Below are positions 10,538 through 21,212 of a stretch of 42,146 nt of DNA, piece by piece. Source of the stretch: an uncultured Oleiphilus sp. GTDB lineage: Bacteria > Pseudomonadota > Gammaproteobacteria > Pseudomonadales > Oleiphilaceae. The notes beneath the pieces were generated by a model. That model was given only the letters and a program-made list of their open reading frames with translations. It was not told the DNA's origin and did no database searches. The translations under genes and the position numbers were made by a program. Position 1 is the first letter of the stretch. Every line of letters starts with the position of its first letter. The stretch spans positions 1-42,146 of the forward strand of contig CAXBKC010000001.1 of the NCBI GenBank assembly GCA_963975615.1, given 5' to 3'.

Positions 10538-10875
10538 TATTTTCCCCTAGTTTTATAAACTACGCGTGAACTTTCCAACACTAAATAAGGTTTTCAAGTA
10601 ACTAAAATTTAGCAGCATTATACCTATTCAATACCAAAGACAAAATCAGTAATGCCCTTTATGTGATCAGAAACCTAGAATAATATGGTTCTAGAGTCAC
10701 TCAAAACATAAATTCTAGGCTGCAATGGTTGATTTAAAAGCAGAGCAGAAGCACAAGACTGAAATAATATTAAGAAGGAGTGCGACAAACGCAAGCTGGA
10801 CACAGGATTCAGGTGCCAACTCTGAATCACTGCAAATAGAAATGATTAACTTAGTAACTCATTTAAAAGGAATTA

Positions 10876-11604
10876 CTATATACCTAGAGCCTGACCAATC
10901 TTTTGGGCATTAATATAACCAGGAATCAAACGTCCATCTTGAAGTATAATGGCAGGTGTACCACTAATACCAATTTCTCTGCCTAAAGCAAACTGACCAG
11001 CAACAGGGTTAGCACAACTTTTCGGTTCTAATGGCTGCCCACTTTTAGCTTTAGTTAAAGCGGCTAATTTGTCATCAGCACACCAAGCAGAAACATACTT
11101 GTTGTATGACTCACTATTTAAACCCGCTCGCGGGTAAGCTAAATAACTAACCTCTATACCCATCGAGTTTAACTCAGGAACTTCTTTGTGAAGTTTACGA
11201 CAATACCCGCAGTCAATATCTGTGAAAACAGCAATTTTACCTTTGACGGGGCCTTTTGCTGGGAATACTATCTTCTGATCATTCGAAATAGTGTTTATTT
11301 TAAGTGCACGCTCACTTCCCCGCTTCTCTTCTGATAAATTCACTAATGTATTATTCTCAGTGGAATACATATCACCAGTAACGAAATAATCTCCACCGGG
11401 GCTAGAAAATAGTATATCTCCTGCAGTGGTTTCTACCTGTAACAGTCCGTCTATTTTGGTATTTTCAACAGACTTAACCTTTAAACCTGGAATAGATTGA
11501 CTCAAGCTTTCAATTAGAGCTTTATTCTCCGCATAACCGTTTACAGATGTTAAAAGAAATAAAACACTCAACGCTATTGAACTCAAAAACCTCATACATC
11601 TCAC
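10876..11604 (-). CDS. dsbC: Thiol:disulfide interchange protein DsbC (periplasmic disulfide isomerase)
   Basis: Signal peptide, N-terminal dimerisation domain and a thioredoxin fold with the CGYC active site (FTDIDCGYCRKLH). The start could be the first ATG or the ATG three codons downstream (MRFLSS). Confidence 0.85.
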   Translation of the reverse strand: MRCMRFLSSIALSVLFLLTSVNGYAENKALIESLSQSIPGLKVKSVENTKIDGLLQVETTAGDILFSSPGGDYFVTGDMYSTENNTLVNLSEEKRGSERALKINTISNDQKIVFPAKGPVKGKIAVFTDIDCGYCRKLHKEVPELNSMGIEVSYLAYPRAGLNSESYNKYVSAWCADDKLAALTKAKSGQPLEPKSCANPVAGQFALGREIGISGTPAIILQDGRLIPGYINAQKIGQALGI

Positions 11605-11789
11605 CTTATTAGTTTATTCCAGAGCTTAACCTAGCTTTATCAAAGACTCAGTAACCAAAACCATTCAAAAGAAGATCTCACATGCTCGCATATTATTAAT
11701 AACAATAACACATTACGAAAATAGGAGTTTATCAAATCCTTTTTCATCTACTTAGTTAAATTTACTTAAATCAATCAAGATTACAAACA

Positions 11790-11824
11790 TAAAAAAAGGC
11801 AAATACTTAAGCATTTGCCTTTTT
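11790..11824 (-). terminator. Rho-independent terminator downstream of rplS
   Basis: AGGCAAAT (11797-11804) / ATTTGCCT (11813-11820), an 8-bp stem. On the minus strand the stem is followed by a T7 run (the complement of A 11791-11797). Confidence 0.75.
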
Positions 11825-11872
11825 AGCTTACCAGAATCAAATTGTGACTCTAGTAATTGATATCAGTAGAAA

Positions 11873-12232
11873 TTACGCGCCTAACTTCTCTTTAATACGA
11901 GCAGCTTTACCACTTAACTCTCTCAAGTAGTATAGCTTAGCCTGTCTTACATCACCACGACGCTTAACAGCAATACTATCTATCTGCTTACTAAAAGTCT
12001 GGAATGTTCTTTCAACACCAACACCGTAAGAGATTTTCCTTACTGTGAAAGATGAATTAAGACCACGATTACGCTTAGCAATCACAACACCTTCATAGGC
12101 CTGCAAACGCTCACGAGTTCCTTCTTTAACTTTTACCTGAACTACAACTGTATCACCCGGTCCAAACTCTGGGATCTCAGCTGTCATTTGCTCAGCTTCG
12201 ATTGCGCTGATAATGTTATTCTTGCTGCTCAT
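11873..12232 (-). CDS. rplS: 50S ribosomal protein L19
   Basis: Direct recognition of the L19 sequence ([46 protein letters not shown]). Last gene of the rpsP-rimM-trmD-rplS operon. Confidence 0.97.
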   Translation of the reverse strand: MSSKNNIISAIEAEQMTAEIPEFGPGDTVVVQVKVKEGTRERLQAYEGVVIAKRNRGLNSSFTVRKISYGVGVERTFQTFSKQIDSIAVKRRGDVRQAKLYYLRELSGKAARIKEKLGA

Positions 12233-12268
12233 CTTACACTCCTAAAAATGATAAGCGGTCAACCCTGC

Positions 12269-13075
12269 TTATCTATTCACGTCTTTAATAAATTCTTGCA
12301 ACAATGACTGCTGCTCCAGATTTAACTCTACATTCTTTAATAGCTCAGGCCTACGTAACCAAGTTCTACCTAATGATTGCTTTAATCGCCACTGCCTAAT
12401 CCTTTCATGGTCACCTGAAAGTAACACTTCAGGTACCTGCTGGTCTTGAAAAACTTCAGGTCTGGTATAATGCGGATGATCCAAAAGATCATTCACAAAA
12501 GAATCCTCAACCGCTGAATCTTTATGCCCAAGAACACTAGGAACAAGCCTTGACACTGCATCAAGTAAAACCATTGAAGCAAGCTCACCACCACTTAATA
12601 CATAATCACCAATTGATATTTCTTCATCAACTTCTGCATTAATTAAGCGCTCGTCAACTCCCTCATACCGCCCAGAAACAAGTATCAAAACATCATATTG
12701 AGATAGCTCGAGTACTTTTTTATGATCTAATTTATTTCCTTGAGGAGATAAATAGATAGTTCGAGTCATCAACTTTTGAGAATCTTTATCTGATAAATCA
12801 GAATCACCCTCTATTGTTTTTTCAATATTTGAATCACTAAAACACTGTTTCTTAGCTGCCAGAATAGCATCTTGCAAAGGCTGAACCTTCATCAACATAC
12901 CTGGCCCACCCCCATAAGGGCGATCGTCAACTGTACGGTGACGGTCATGCGTAAAATCACGAGGATTCCAAGAATTAACGTCTATAAGTCCTTTTTTAAT
13001 TGCCCTACCAATAACACCTGATTCAAGAATTGGTATAAACATTTCTGGAAATAAAGTAATTAATTCAAAACGCAT
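12269..13075 (-). CDS. trmD: tRNA (guanine37-N1)-methyltransferase
   Basis: TrmD signatures: [41 protein letters not shown]. There is an acidic, serine-rich insertion of about 25 aa relative to E. coli. Confidence 0.96.
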   Translation of the reverse strand: MRFELITLFPEMFIPILESGVIGRAIKKGLIDVNSWNPRDFTHDRHRTVDDRPYGGGPGMLMKVQPLQDAILAAKKQCFSDSNIEKTIEGDSDLSDKDSQKLMTRTIYLSPQGNKLDHKKVLELSQYDVLILVSGRYEGVDERLINAEVDEEISIGDYVLSGGELASMVLLDAVSRLVPSVLGHKDSAVEDSFVNDLLDHPHYTRPEVFQDQQVPEVLLSGDHERIRQWRLKQSLGRTWLRRPELLKNVELNLEQQSLLQEFIKDVNR

Positions 13076-13093
13076 GACACCCTTACTCTTAAT

Positions 13094-13648
13094 TTAGAAG
13101 TCAGGGTCCCAATCAACCTCAATCACTCCTTTTTGCAAGTCTACAAGCTTTACAACCTGATCGAGCAAATAAGGAATTAAACGCTCATTAGCGTCTAAGC
13201 TATCCTTGCACTTTTTAACAACTAACACGTCATTTGACCCAGTTTCAATCAAATGACTCACCTTACCCAACAACACTGGCTTAGATTCTTCTGCTTCATA
13301 TACAGAGTAAACCAACAAACCTTGTAGCTGCGACCAGTAATACTCTCCTTCTGGTAAAGAAGGCAATGCACTGCTAGGAACTGTAATTAACATTCCACAA
13401 AACTTTTTTGCAAGATCTCGATCAGAAGCACCTTCAAAAAGCGCTACTAGACCATTACCATGTACCTTACAATCTAACACTTTAACCGGTCGTGAAGTGC
13501 CGGACTGATCCTGCAACTGCCAATTAAGATACTGGCAAAGATTTTCTTTTGGCTGAGTATAAGAAAAAACCTTAACCCAACCCTTCACACCGTAAACCGA
13601 AGTGACTTTGCCCATTACAGTATTATGTGAACTTTTACTCATGAGCAA
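13094..13648 (-). CDS. rimM: 16S rRNA processing protein RimM
   Basis: MGKVTSVYGVKGWVKVFSYT N-terminal barrel and a PRC-barrel C-terminus (GSNDVLVV...IPYL). Operon position between rpsP and trmD. Confidence 0.9.
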   Translation of the reverse strand: MLMSKSSHNTVMGKVTSVYGVKGWVKVFSYTQPKENLCQYLNWQLQDQSGTSRPVKVLDCKVHGNGLVALFEGASDRDLAKKFCGMLITVPSSALPSLPEGEYYWSQLQGLLVYSVYEAEESKPVLLGKVSHLIETGSNDVLVVKKCKDSLDANERLIPYLLDQVVKLVDLQKGVIEVDWDPDF

Positions 13649-13680
13649 CCACTCTATCTACTATGTGCACAAAGACAGGT

Positions 13681-13932
13681 CTAAGCTGCAGACTTAGCTG
13701 ATTCTTTTATCAAACCTTGTACACGCTCTGAAGTTGTTGCACCTTTATCTAGCCAAAACTGAACTCTTTCAGCATCAACTCGAAGACGTTCTTCTTGACC
13801 GCGCGCAATAGGGTTAAAAAAACCAACTCGCTCCAAATAACGGCCATCTCGTGAAGAGCGACTATCTGTAACAGTTAAATGATAAAATGGGCGCTTCTTA
13901 GAGCCACCACGTGATAAACGGATAGTAACCAT
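13681..13932 (-). CDS. rpsP: 30S ribosomal protein S16
   Basis: [41 protein letters not shown] matches S16 directly. Confidence 0.97.
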   Translation of the reverse strand: MVTIRLSRGGSKKRPFYHLTVTDSRSSRDGRYLERVGFFNPIARGQEERLRVDAERVQFWLDKGATTSERVQGLIKESAKSAA

Positions 13933-14141
13933 ATTCGCTTTAAATCCTGATTTCAGTTAAAAAATTTCTAAACGCTTTCTTTTCGTACCAAATACGATGG
14001 CGTTCGAAAGGGCGCACATTCTAGTATATTCAAAGTTAATTGGAAATAGTAAATTACGTTTTTTATTCACTACTTACGATAAATAAACTTAACATTGAAA
14101 CTGTCACCACATGGCGCGTCAGCAAAACAAGACAAATACGC

Positions 14142-15506
14142 TTAAAACTGCCCGCCACCTGGCGGCATCATTCCCTTCATGCCACGCATCATATTTGCCA
14201 TACCACCTTTCTTGGTAAACTTTTTCATCATCTTTTGCATTTGCTTATGCTGCTTCAATAAACGGTTCACGTCTTGAATTTGGGTTCCAGACCCGCCAGC
14301 TATTCTTCGCTTGCGTGAATTATTAATTGAGTCTGGAAAGGATCGCTCAGCTGAAGTCATTGAAGAAATCATTGCTTCCATCTGCGTTAAAGACTTATCA
14401 CTCACCTGCTGTTGCGCTGCTTGCGCCATTTGCCCCATGCCTGGCAACTTATCCAACAAGTTCGTAATCCCGCCCATATTCTTCATTTGAACTAACTGAT
14501 CACGAAAGTCCTCTAAATCAAAACTCTTCCCTTTTTTGATTTTCTGAGTAAGCTTTTCGGCTTTCTTTTTATCCAGATTGCGCTCTGCATCTTCGATAAG
14601 GCTCAAAATATCACCCATACCGAGAATTCTTGACGCTAATCTATCAGGATGAAATGGCTCCAAAGCATCTACCTTTTCACCCATCCCCATAAATTTAATC
14701 GGCTTGCCCGTGACATATCGCACAGACAAAGCAGCACCACCACGCGAATCACCATCAGCCTTAGTAAGAATAACACCCGTTAAAGGAAGCGCCTCACCGA
14801 AAGCCTTAGCGGTATTAACTGCATCCTGCCCTGTCATAGCATCAACAACAAACAAGGTCTCAATTGGGTTAATCGCAGAGTGTAACTCTTTAATCTCTCC
14901 CATCATTTGCTCATCAATAGCCAAACGACCCGCCGTATCCACCAACACAACATCTACAAATGTTTTTTTGGCTTCCTGTATTGCGGCAGTAGCTATATTT
15001 ACTGGCTTTTGATCAATCGAGCTAGGAAAGAATATTGCCCCCACTTCAGCCGCCAAGGTTTCCAACTGTTTAATAGCCGCTGGGCGGTAGACATCTGCAC
15101 TAACCACCATAACTTTTTTCTTTTGCCGCTCAGACAAATACTTTGCCAACTTTGCAACAGAAGTCGTTTTACCCGCCCCCTGCAAGCCCGCCATCAAAAT
15201 CACAGCTGGAGGTTGGGCATTTAAGGACAACCCCTCAGACTTAGCGCCCATCATCTCAACAAGCTCTGCGTTTACAATTTTAATGAACGCCTGACCTGGA
15301 GATAAACTTCTCATAACTTCGTGCCCGATAGCACGCTTACGCACCTGGGCAATAAATTGCTTAACAACAGGCAAGGCTACATCTGCTTCCAACAAAGCCA
15401 TACGAACTTCGCGCAAGGTTCCTTTAATATTATCTTCTGTAAGCTTTGCCTGACCGGTAACCTTTTTTAAACTATCCGAAAGGCGTTCTGTTAGATTTTC
15501 AAACAT
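14142..15506 (-). CDS. ffh: Signal recognition particle protein Ffh
   Basis: Collinear with E. coli Ffh over its full length: GLQGAGKTT, DTAGRL, TKADGD, and the Met-rich M domain ending MMRGMKGMMPPG. Confidence 0.98.
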   Translation of the reverse strand: MFENLTERLSDSLKKVTGQAKLTEDNIKGTLREVRMALLEADVALPVVKQFIAQVRKRAIGHEVMRSLSPGQAFIKIVNAELVEMMGAKSEGLSLNAQPPAVILMAGLQGAGKTTSVAKLAKYLSERQKKKVMVVSADVYRPAAIKQLETLAAEVGAIFFPSSIDQKPVNIATAAIQEAKKTFVDVVLVDTAGRLAIDEQMMGEIKELHSAINPIETLFVVDAMTGQDAVNTAKAFGEALPLTGVILTKADGDSRGGAALSVRYVTGKPIKFMGMGEKVDALEPFHPDRLASRILGMGDILSLIEDAERNLDKKKAEKLTQKIKKGKSFDLEDFRDQLVQMKNMGGITNLLDKLPGMGQMAQAAQQQVSDKSLTQMEAMISSMTSAERSFPDSINNSRKRRIAGGSGTQIQDVNRLLKQHKQMQKMMKKFTKKGGMANMMRGMKGMMPPGGGQF

Positions 15507-15590
15507 GATTCGTCTCTATATATTGCCAAGTAGTTGCAAACCGAGCATTATAACCTTTTAAAAGCCATAATTTGAACAGTAAAATACATA

Positions 15591-16388
15591 ATGAATATTT
15601 TAGTACTTAGCCTTCTCTCTATCGGGCTTTATACCTTCGGCACTTTTCATCAAACTTTAATCTATTTGAGAAAAACCCAAAACAAGCCGTTCATCTCAAT
15701 GCTAATAGGTAGCATCGCTGTTTTCAGCCACTTAGCGATCACCTCACAGCAGATATTTACCAACAATGAAATCATATTAAGTTTTTTCAATACGATCTCT
15801 TTGATTGCCTGCTTTGTCATCATCTGTCTACTTATTTTTTCTATCCGCAAACCGATACAGTCTATATTTATATTTTGCTACCCTATAGCAGCTTTGAGCC
15901 TGATAAGCAGCTTAGTATTTAACAAGCACATACTGGCATTCCAGCCTGAAAGTAGTGGTATTTTCATACACATCATGCTTTCTATAATTTCCTACAGCGT
16001 CTTCTGCATAGCCTTAATTCAAGGCATATTAGTTTACATACAAAACAATAACCTAAAAAAGCACAACCCCACAGTATTACTAAGAAACCTCCCCCCACTG
16101 CTAACGATGGAAAACCTTTTATTTGAAATGATATGGAGTGGAACGATACTACTCGGATTAGCCATTATTACGGGCGCCATTTTTGTTGATAACCTTTTCG
16201 CACAACACCTAGCCCATAAAACAATACTCTCCATCATTGCATTTATAATATTCTCCACCCTATTGGCCGGTCGCCGACTTTACGGCTGGAGGGGCCTTAC
16301 TGCAAGCAAATGGACTCTTTGGGGATTCAGCTTCCTAATGGTTGGCTTCCTTGGAAGCAAGCTTGTACTTGAACAAATCCTAAAGTAA
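15591..16388 (+). CDS. ypjD: Cytochrome c assembly (CcsA/YpjD-like) family inner-membrane protein
   Basis: About 8 predicted TM helices. Divergent from ffh and followed by a CorB-like gene, the same arrangement as E. coli ffh / ypjD / yfjD. Family assignment rests on synteny and topology. Confidence 0.7.
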   Translation: MNILVLSLLSIGLYTFGTFHQTLIYLRKTQNKPFISMLIGSIAVFSHLAITSQQIFTNNEIILSFFNTISLIACFVIICLLIFSIRKPIQSIFIFCYPIAALSLISSLVFNKHILAFQPESSGIFIHIMLSIISYSVFCIALIQGILVYIQNNNLKKHNPTVLLRNLPPLLTMENLLFEMIWSGTILLGLAIITGAIFVDNLFAQHLAHKTILSIIAFIIFSTLLAGRRLYGWRGLTASKWTLWGFSFLMVGFLGSKLVLEQILK

Positions 16389-16430
16389 GACAAAAACCTA
16401 AACATCGCACAAACCACAGGACACTCCAAA

Positions 16431-17690
16431 TTGAGCGAAACACCTATCACCACGCTTCTTATATTTCTTTGTATACTCATTATTCTTTCAGCGTTCTTTT
16501 CAAGCTCTGAAACAGGAATGCTATCCCTAAATCGCTACCGCCTAAAACACCTCAAAAAAAATGGTCATAAAGGCGCAATCAAAGCAAGTAAACTCCTTAA
16601 ACGCACAGACCAACTTATAAGCGTCATACTAATAGGCAACAACTTCGTCAACATTCTTGCTTCATCAATAGCTACCGTAATTGCCATTCGATTATGGGGA
16701 GATGCTGGCATAGCGATAGCCACAGCAGGATTAACCATAATTTTACTTATATTCGCCGAAATCACTCCTAAAACTTTCGCCGCATATTATCCTGAAAAAA
16801 TAGCACTACCAGCAGCACACATACTGCGGCCGCTCCTAAAAATACTATATCCAGCCGTTTGGGCAATAAACCTTGTCACAGGATTATTATTGAAGGCTCT
16901 AGGACTTAACATAAATGACAATCAGGACAACCACCTAAGCAGAGAAGAACTCAGAACTCTCGTCGATGAATCGGGCGCCCTAATACCAAGAAAGCACCAG
17001 GAAATGCTCGTAGGCATACTCGACCTTGAAAAAGTAACCGTGACCGACATCATGATCCCTAGAAATGAAATTATAGGCATCAATATTGACGATGATTTGA
17101 GCGCAATCCTTCATCAATTAAAAACATCGCAATACACTCGATTACCAGTCTACAAGGGAGATATTAATAATATCGTCGGAATCTTACACCTCAGAAACAT
17201 GACGCGCGTCATGTCTCATAAAGAACCCAGTAAAGCAGGCCTTTTACAGGCATGCCGAGACCCTTATTTCACACCTGAAAGCACTTCACTTAACGCACAA
17301 CTACTTCAATTTCAACAAGAAAAGAGGCGAATCGCTATCGTTGTTGATGAGTACGGTGATGCACTAGGCATCGTTACAATGGAAGACATCCTCGAAGAAA
17401 TAGTTGGCGAATTCACTACAGATTTTTCATCATCCAGCAGCCAAGATATTATCCCCCAAGAAGATGGGAGCTACTTAATCGACGGCTCAACACCTATTAG
17501 AACAATCAACAAAAATCTAAGCTGGAACCTTCCTACCAGCGGACCAAAAACATTAAGCGGGCTTATCACAGAAGCCCTCGAGACTATTCCTGACAGCCCT
17601 GTCTGCTTATATATAAATAAATACCAAGTAGAAATAAGACAATTAAAAGACAATATCGTCAAAACCATCAAAATCTATGAAAACAAATAA
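16431..17690 (+). CDS. HlyC/CorC-family transporter (DUF21 TM domain - CBS pair - CorC_HlyC), YfjD/CorB-like
   Basis: TTG start. The N-terminus LSAFFSSSETGMLSLNRYRLKHLKK...LISVILIGNN parallels E. coli YfjD. A CBS pair and a C-terminal transporter-associated domain follow. Confidence 0.85.
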   Translation: MSETPITTLLIFLCILIILSAFFSSSETGMLSLNRYRLKHLKKNGHKGAIKASKLLKRTDQLISVILIGNNFVNILASSIATVIAIRLWGDAGIAIATAGLTIILLIFAEITPKTFAAYYPEKIALPAAHILRPLLKILYPAVWAINLVTGLLLKALGLNINDNQDNHLSREELRTLVDESGALIPRKHQEMLVGILDLEKVTVTDIMIPRNEIIGINIDDDLSAILHQLKTSQYTRLPVYKGDINNIVGILHLRNMTRVMSHKEPSKAGLLQACRDPYFTPESTSLNAQLLQFQQEKRRIAIVVDEYGDALGIVTMEDILEEIVGEFTTDFSSSSSQDIIPQEDGSYLIDGSTPIRTINKNLSWNLPTSGPKTLSGLITEALETIPDSPVCLYINKYQVEIRQLKDNIVKTIKIYENK

Positions 17691-17753
17691 TCAAAAATAC
17701 CGACCCAACTCTCAAAATTAACCATTTGTAAGCCATTACAGCAAACATAAGAG

Positions 17754-17782
17754 TTCTAAAGTCGGTATATTTAAGCTATAAT
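17754..17782 (+). promoter_or_regulatory. Candidate sigma70 promoter for the DUF1631-like gene
   Basis: Perfect -10 TATAAT at 17777-17782. Weak -35 TTCTAA at 17754-17759 with 17-nt spacing. About 50 nt upstream of the ATG at 17831. Pattern match only. Confidence 0.25.
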
Positions 17783-17830
17783 CGCGAGTAACTTGCATGT
17801 TCAATTAATCGACTTCACTAGGTCTAGCAA

Positions 17831-20053
17831 ATGAGCAACTCAAACGGCGTCACTTACATAAGAGAGAATCAGCATTTCAGCAATGATTTGAACGCTGAAG
17901 CCGCCGCTCGCATTGAAAAAATTAGTCTACTTTGCTCGCGCCATTTAGTTGAATTACTTCAAAACATGTTTGACGGCATTGATGATTCCTTCTTCGAACT
18001 AGCCAACAATGCAAGAACAAACAATGAACAAAATCAATTCTTCGAAGCTATGCGTGAAATACGCATAAAGCGCAAAAGTATTGAAAGCAACTTTGAAGAT
18101 AATATTCGTAACTTATTTTCAATATCAAAAGTATTCAACAAGCTAGAAAGACAAGATTCAAACCAAGAAATTGATTTTGAACACCTATCTTTAGTCAACA
18201 AAGAAGAACTAGAAGAGCAAGTAGCCGTTTCATCAATGGCATCAAAAGCACTATCTAATTTTCAAGGCGCTTTATTACAATTTCAAACCAGAACAGCAAA
18301 TTTATATGGACGGTCAGATTTAAATACAATCTCAGCCCCCCTTGACCCTGAAGATATCAGTAATGAGTTTTCTAATGCTTGCTCAAGACTTGAAATTAAT
18401 CTGAAAGAGCGCCTAATTGTATACAAACAATTTGACCGCTACGTGCTATCTAATCTTGGGTATATATTAGACGAAGCTAATCACTATTTAATTAAATCTG
18501 GCATTTTACCTAACTTAAAATCAGATATAATAAAACAGAAGTATAGCCCTAAAGGAGAGCATGCCAGCTCACCCCTAGTCACTAGCTCTGAATTTAACTC
18601 TGACAAGAGTCACCCGCAGCAAACTCAAAACATATTGCCACAATTACAGTCTCTTCTGGAAAACATCAGAACACAAACACCGAACAACACTCAAAATCAG
18701 AACAAAAATCTCAATTCTGAAAGAGCCCATTATATTGAAACTCAAGATTTAATAAATCTACTATCAACCATACAGAAATCGACACCTGCAACCAACAACA
18801 ACCCAAAAGTTGTAGATATTCAGTCTTATCTAAGAAACCATATCCAACAGTCACCAAACCTTATTAAAAAAGAGCCTGCATTTAAACAGCTTGATGAAGA
18901 CTTAATTAATTTAGTTGCCATGCTCTTTGAGTTCATTTTAGAAGATTATAATTTAGCAGCACCTATACAAGTACTTATAAGTAGACTTCAAATACCTATT
19001 CTGAAAGTTGTCATAAAAGATAACACCTTCTTTAGCACCAACCAGCACCCTGCTCGAAAGCTACTTAACGTACTAGCTAAAGCGGGTATTGGCTGGAGTG
19101 ACAACCCAAATGCTACCCAAGACGCTTTATATCAAAAAATTCATGAAACAGTGAATACCATATTAAATAAATTTGATGGCGATGTAAGTCTATTTGATTC
19201 ACTCAATAAAGAATTTGAAGAGTTCATAACAAAAGAAGAAAAGAAATCTAGAATAGTCGAACAAAGAACTAAAGAATCAGAAAACGGCCTACTTAAATCA
19301 AAACAGGCTCAAAAATCTGTCGATAGCTTTATTCAAGAAATAATTTCTTCTGACTCAATCCAATTGCCTCCAACAATTAGAGAAACACTTACTCAGGGCT
19401 GGAGTCGGGTTATGTTTCTTGCTTACTTGAAGGATGACCAGGAGCACCAATGGGCAAAAACTTGTCAGGCAGCTCAAGACCTAGCTTGGTGCCTGAAACC
19501 CATTACATCGCAAAAAGATCGACAACACTGGATTTCTATTGCCCCTAAATTACTTAAAGAACTGAAGTGCGGCCTTCAGGACGTCTCCTACCACACCAAC
19601 AACCTTGATAGTACAATGATTGAGATTCGCTCAATATTAACCTCTGCGTTTAAACAAAATATGTTTAACGATCAAGATAATACAGCAACCTACAGAACCG
19701 CTAACAAACTAATAAATAAAAACCAAACTAGCGCCGTTGAAAAACAAGCACTCTCTAATAATTCAGAATTAGAGAAGTTTATATCTTTAATCGATGAGCT
19801 ATCACTCGACACATGGTTTGAGTTTCAACTCCCCTCAAACAAGACAATAAGATGCAAACTATCCGCCAAACTTGAAGATGCAGATACATTTATATTTGTT
19901 AATAGACTAGGCCTAAAAAACCTTGAAAAAACTAAAGAAGAACTTGCAAATGATCTATTCAGAAAAAGTGCAGTTATCTTAGAGCAGGGACTACTTATTG
20001 ACCGAGCAATGAGCGCCGTCACATCCAGTCTAAAGCAAAAAGCTAGCGCATAA
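17831..20053 (+). CDS. Conserved protein of unknown function, DUF1631-like (about 740 aa)
   Basis: The size and N-terminal pattern (LVELLQNMFDGIDDSFFELANNARTNNEQNQFFEAMREIRIKR) resemble the proteobacterial DUF1631 family as I recall it. There is a low-complexity Q/N-rich linker. No catalytic motif recognised. Confidence 0.55.
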   Translation: MSNSNGVTYIRENQHFSNDLNAEAAARIEKISLLCSRHLVELLQNMFDGIDDSFFELANNARTNNEQNQFFEAMREIRIKRKSIESNFEDNIRNLFSISKVFNKLERQDSNQEIDFEHLSLVNKEELEEQVAVSSMASKALSNFQGALLQFQTRTANLYGRSDLNTISAPLDPEDISNEFSNACSRLEINLKERLIVYKQFDRYVLSNLGYILDEANHYLIKSGILPNLKSDIIKQKYSPKGEHASSPLVTSSEFNSDKSHPQQTQNILPQLQSLLENIRTQTPNNTQNQNKNLNSERAHYIETQDLINLLSTIQKSTPATNNNPKVVDIQSYLRNHIQQSPNLIKKEPAFKQLDEDLINLVAMLFEFILEDYNLAAPIQVLISRLQIPILKVVIKDNTFFSTNQHPARKLLNVLAKAGIGWSDNPNATQDALYQKIHETVNTILNKFDGDVSLFDSLNKEFEEFITKEEKKSRIVEQRTKESENGLLKSKQAQKSVDSFIQEIISSDSIQLPPTIRETLTQGWSRVMFLAYLKDDQEHQWAKTCQAAQDLAWCLKPITSQKDRQHWISIAPKLLKELKCGLQDVSYHTNNLDSTMIEIRSILTSAFKQNMFNDQDNTATYRTANKLINKNQTSAVEKQALSNNSELEKFISLIDELSLDTWFEFQLPSNKTIRCKLSAKLEDADTFIFVNRLGLKNLEKTKEELANDLFRKSAVILEQGLLIDRAMSAVTSSLKQKASA

Positions 20054-20060
20054 GAGATCA

Positions 20061-20846
20061 GTGGATAATACAGACAAATACACCCTCAGATTCTTTATAG
20101 CGCTATTTAGCTCAGCGATCTCTCACTCACTTATTTTGCTATTGGTCTTCATACTAACCCCAGACTTCGAACTAGAAAGAAAAACAATCCCTTTCCAACT
20201 CGTATCTAACGACAAGTTAGGCCAACTTTCTAATTCACCCCAATTAAGCAAATCAGCAAATACACTTGCCGCCCAAGAATTCTTAAGAACCCTTAATGAG
20301 TCGAGCTTTGAACAACTAATTAGGGAAAACACCCAAGATTCGAACCAAACACAAGAACCACAATCACCATTCAAGCAGGATATGCCAAGCGATAATTTTC
20401 GCGTCGAGCAACCAACATTTCAAAAGCACTCAAACTCAAAAAGTGCATTCCAAGGCTTACAAGATATCTTCACAAAAAAAGAATTCAAACAAAACTTAAA
20501 AAGTAATATCCAGCAAATATCTACGAAAAATTTGCAACAACTCACTCAATATGAGATTCAACTAATAAGAATAATGGCTCAGAAAGGGCTCTATGATGAG
20601 TTCCACCCAGTAATGGCGAAAAATAAGCAGACCAATATAGAATATATAATTACTTTGCACCTTTTTCCAAATGGTGCCGTCAAAAATGCAAGCATAAGGC
20701 AATCAAGCAACATAAAGGAAATTGACCGACTAGCAGTCAAAACTGCCTATTTAGCAAGCCCATTCCCAAAACCACCGAGCAAGGATATCAACAAGAGCTT
20801 CAAATACGATATTCCAATAATCTATCAAAAAACCAATACAAACTAA
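20061..20846 (+). CDS. Membrane-anchored protein with TonB/TolA-like C-terminal domain
   Basis: GTG start 7 nt after the preceding stop. One N-terminal TM helix (FFIALFSSAISHSLILLLVFIL) and a polar Q/S/N-rich linker. The C-terminus IEYIITLHLFPNGAVKNASIRQSSNIKEIDRLAVKTAYLASPFPKPP fits the TonB_C pattern. Confidence 0.5.
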   Translation: MDNTDKYTLRFFIALFSSAISHSLILLLVFILTPDFELERKTIPFQLVSNDKLGQLSNSPQLSKSANTLAAQEFLRTLNESSFEQLIRENTQDSNQTQEPQSPFKQDMPSDNFRVEQPTFQKHSNSKSAFQGLQDIFTKKEFKQNLKSNIQQISTKNLQQLTQYEIQLIRIMAQKGLYDEFHPVMAKNKQTNIEYIITLHLFPNGAVKNASIRQSSNIKEIDRLAVKTAYLASPFPKPPSKDINKSFKYDIPIIYQKTNTN

Positions 20847-20878
20847 AAAAGGGGCCCTAATAAGAGCCCCCTCTTTTC
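20845..20878. terminator. Bidirectional terminator between convergent genes (TonB-like gene and grxD)
   Basis: GGGGC (20851-20855) pairs with GCCCC (20866-20870). Flanked by A6 upstream and TCTTTT downstream. On the minus strand the stem is followed by T6. Confidence 0.6.
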
Positions 20879-20894
20879 AAACAAACAACAAGCA

Positions 20895-21212
20895 CTAGTC
20901 AACCACAGCCCCAGAAACCATCTTCTTAAGCTCGCCAGATTCATATAGCTCTGTAATAATATCACAACCACCTACCAACTCACCTTTGATATAAAGCTGT
21001 GGGAATGTCGGCCAATTTGAATAAACTTTTAAGCTCTCTCTGATATCTGGATGCTCTAAGATATTGATGTATGCAAAACGCTCTTCACAAGCCATTAAAG
21101 CTTGAGACGTCTTGGCAGAAAACCCACACTGAGGCTGTTGCGGAGAGCCTTTCATATATAAAATAACTGGATTACCTTCAAGTTGCTCTTTAATTGTATC
21201 TATTACTGACAT
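20895..21212 (-). CDS. grxD: Monothiol glutaredoxin (Grx4 family)
   Basis: CGFS active site (PQCGFSAKT), WPTFPQLYIKGELVGGCDI motif, 105 aa. Confidence 0.92.
   Translation of the reverse strand: MSVIDTIKEQLEGNPVILYMKGSPQQPQCGFSAKTSQALMACEERFAYINILEHPDIRESLKVYSNWPTFPQLYIKGELVGGCDIITELYESGELKKMVSGAVVD

Noticed and set aside
10538-10913. A 338-bp hom/dsbC intergenic region containing a 62-aa ORF (10725-10913) and two small hairpins (CTAGAA/TTCTAG near 10675-10700 and GATTCAG/CTGAATC at 10806-10828). Considered as a small gene or sRNA.
   Set aside because: The ORF overlaps the dsbC 3' end, has no RBS and has no recognisable fold. The hairpins are short and lack T-tracts. I cannot distinguish an sRNA from ordinary promoter or 3'-UTR sequence without expression or conservation data.
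14040-15224. Plus-strand ORFs 14040-14261, 14704-15012 and 14907-15224 opposite ffh.
   Set aside because: They are antisense to one of the best-conserved genes in the window. Their translations are low-complexity, with no start-site context.
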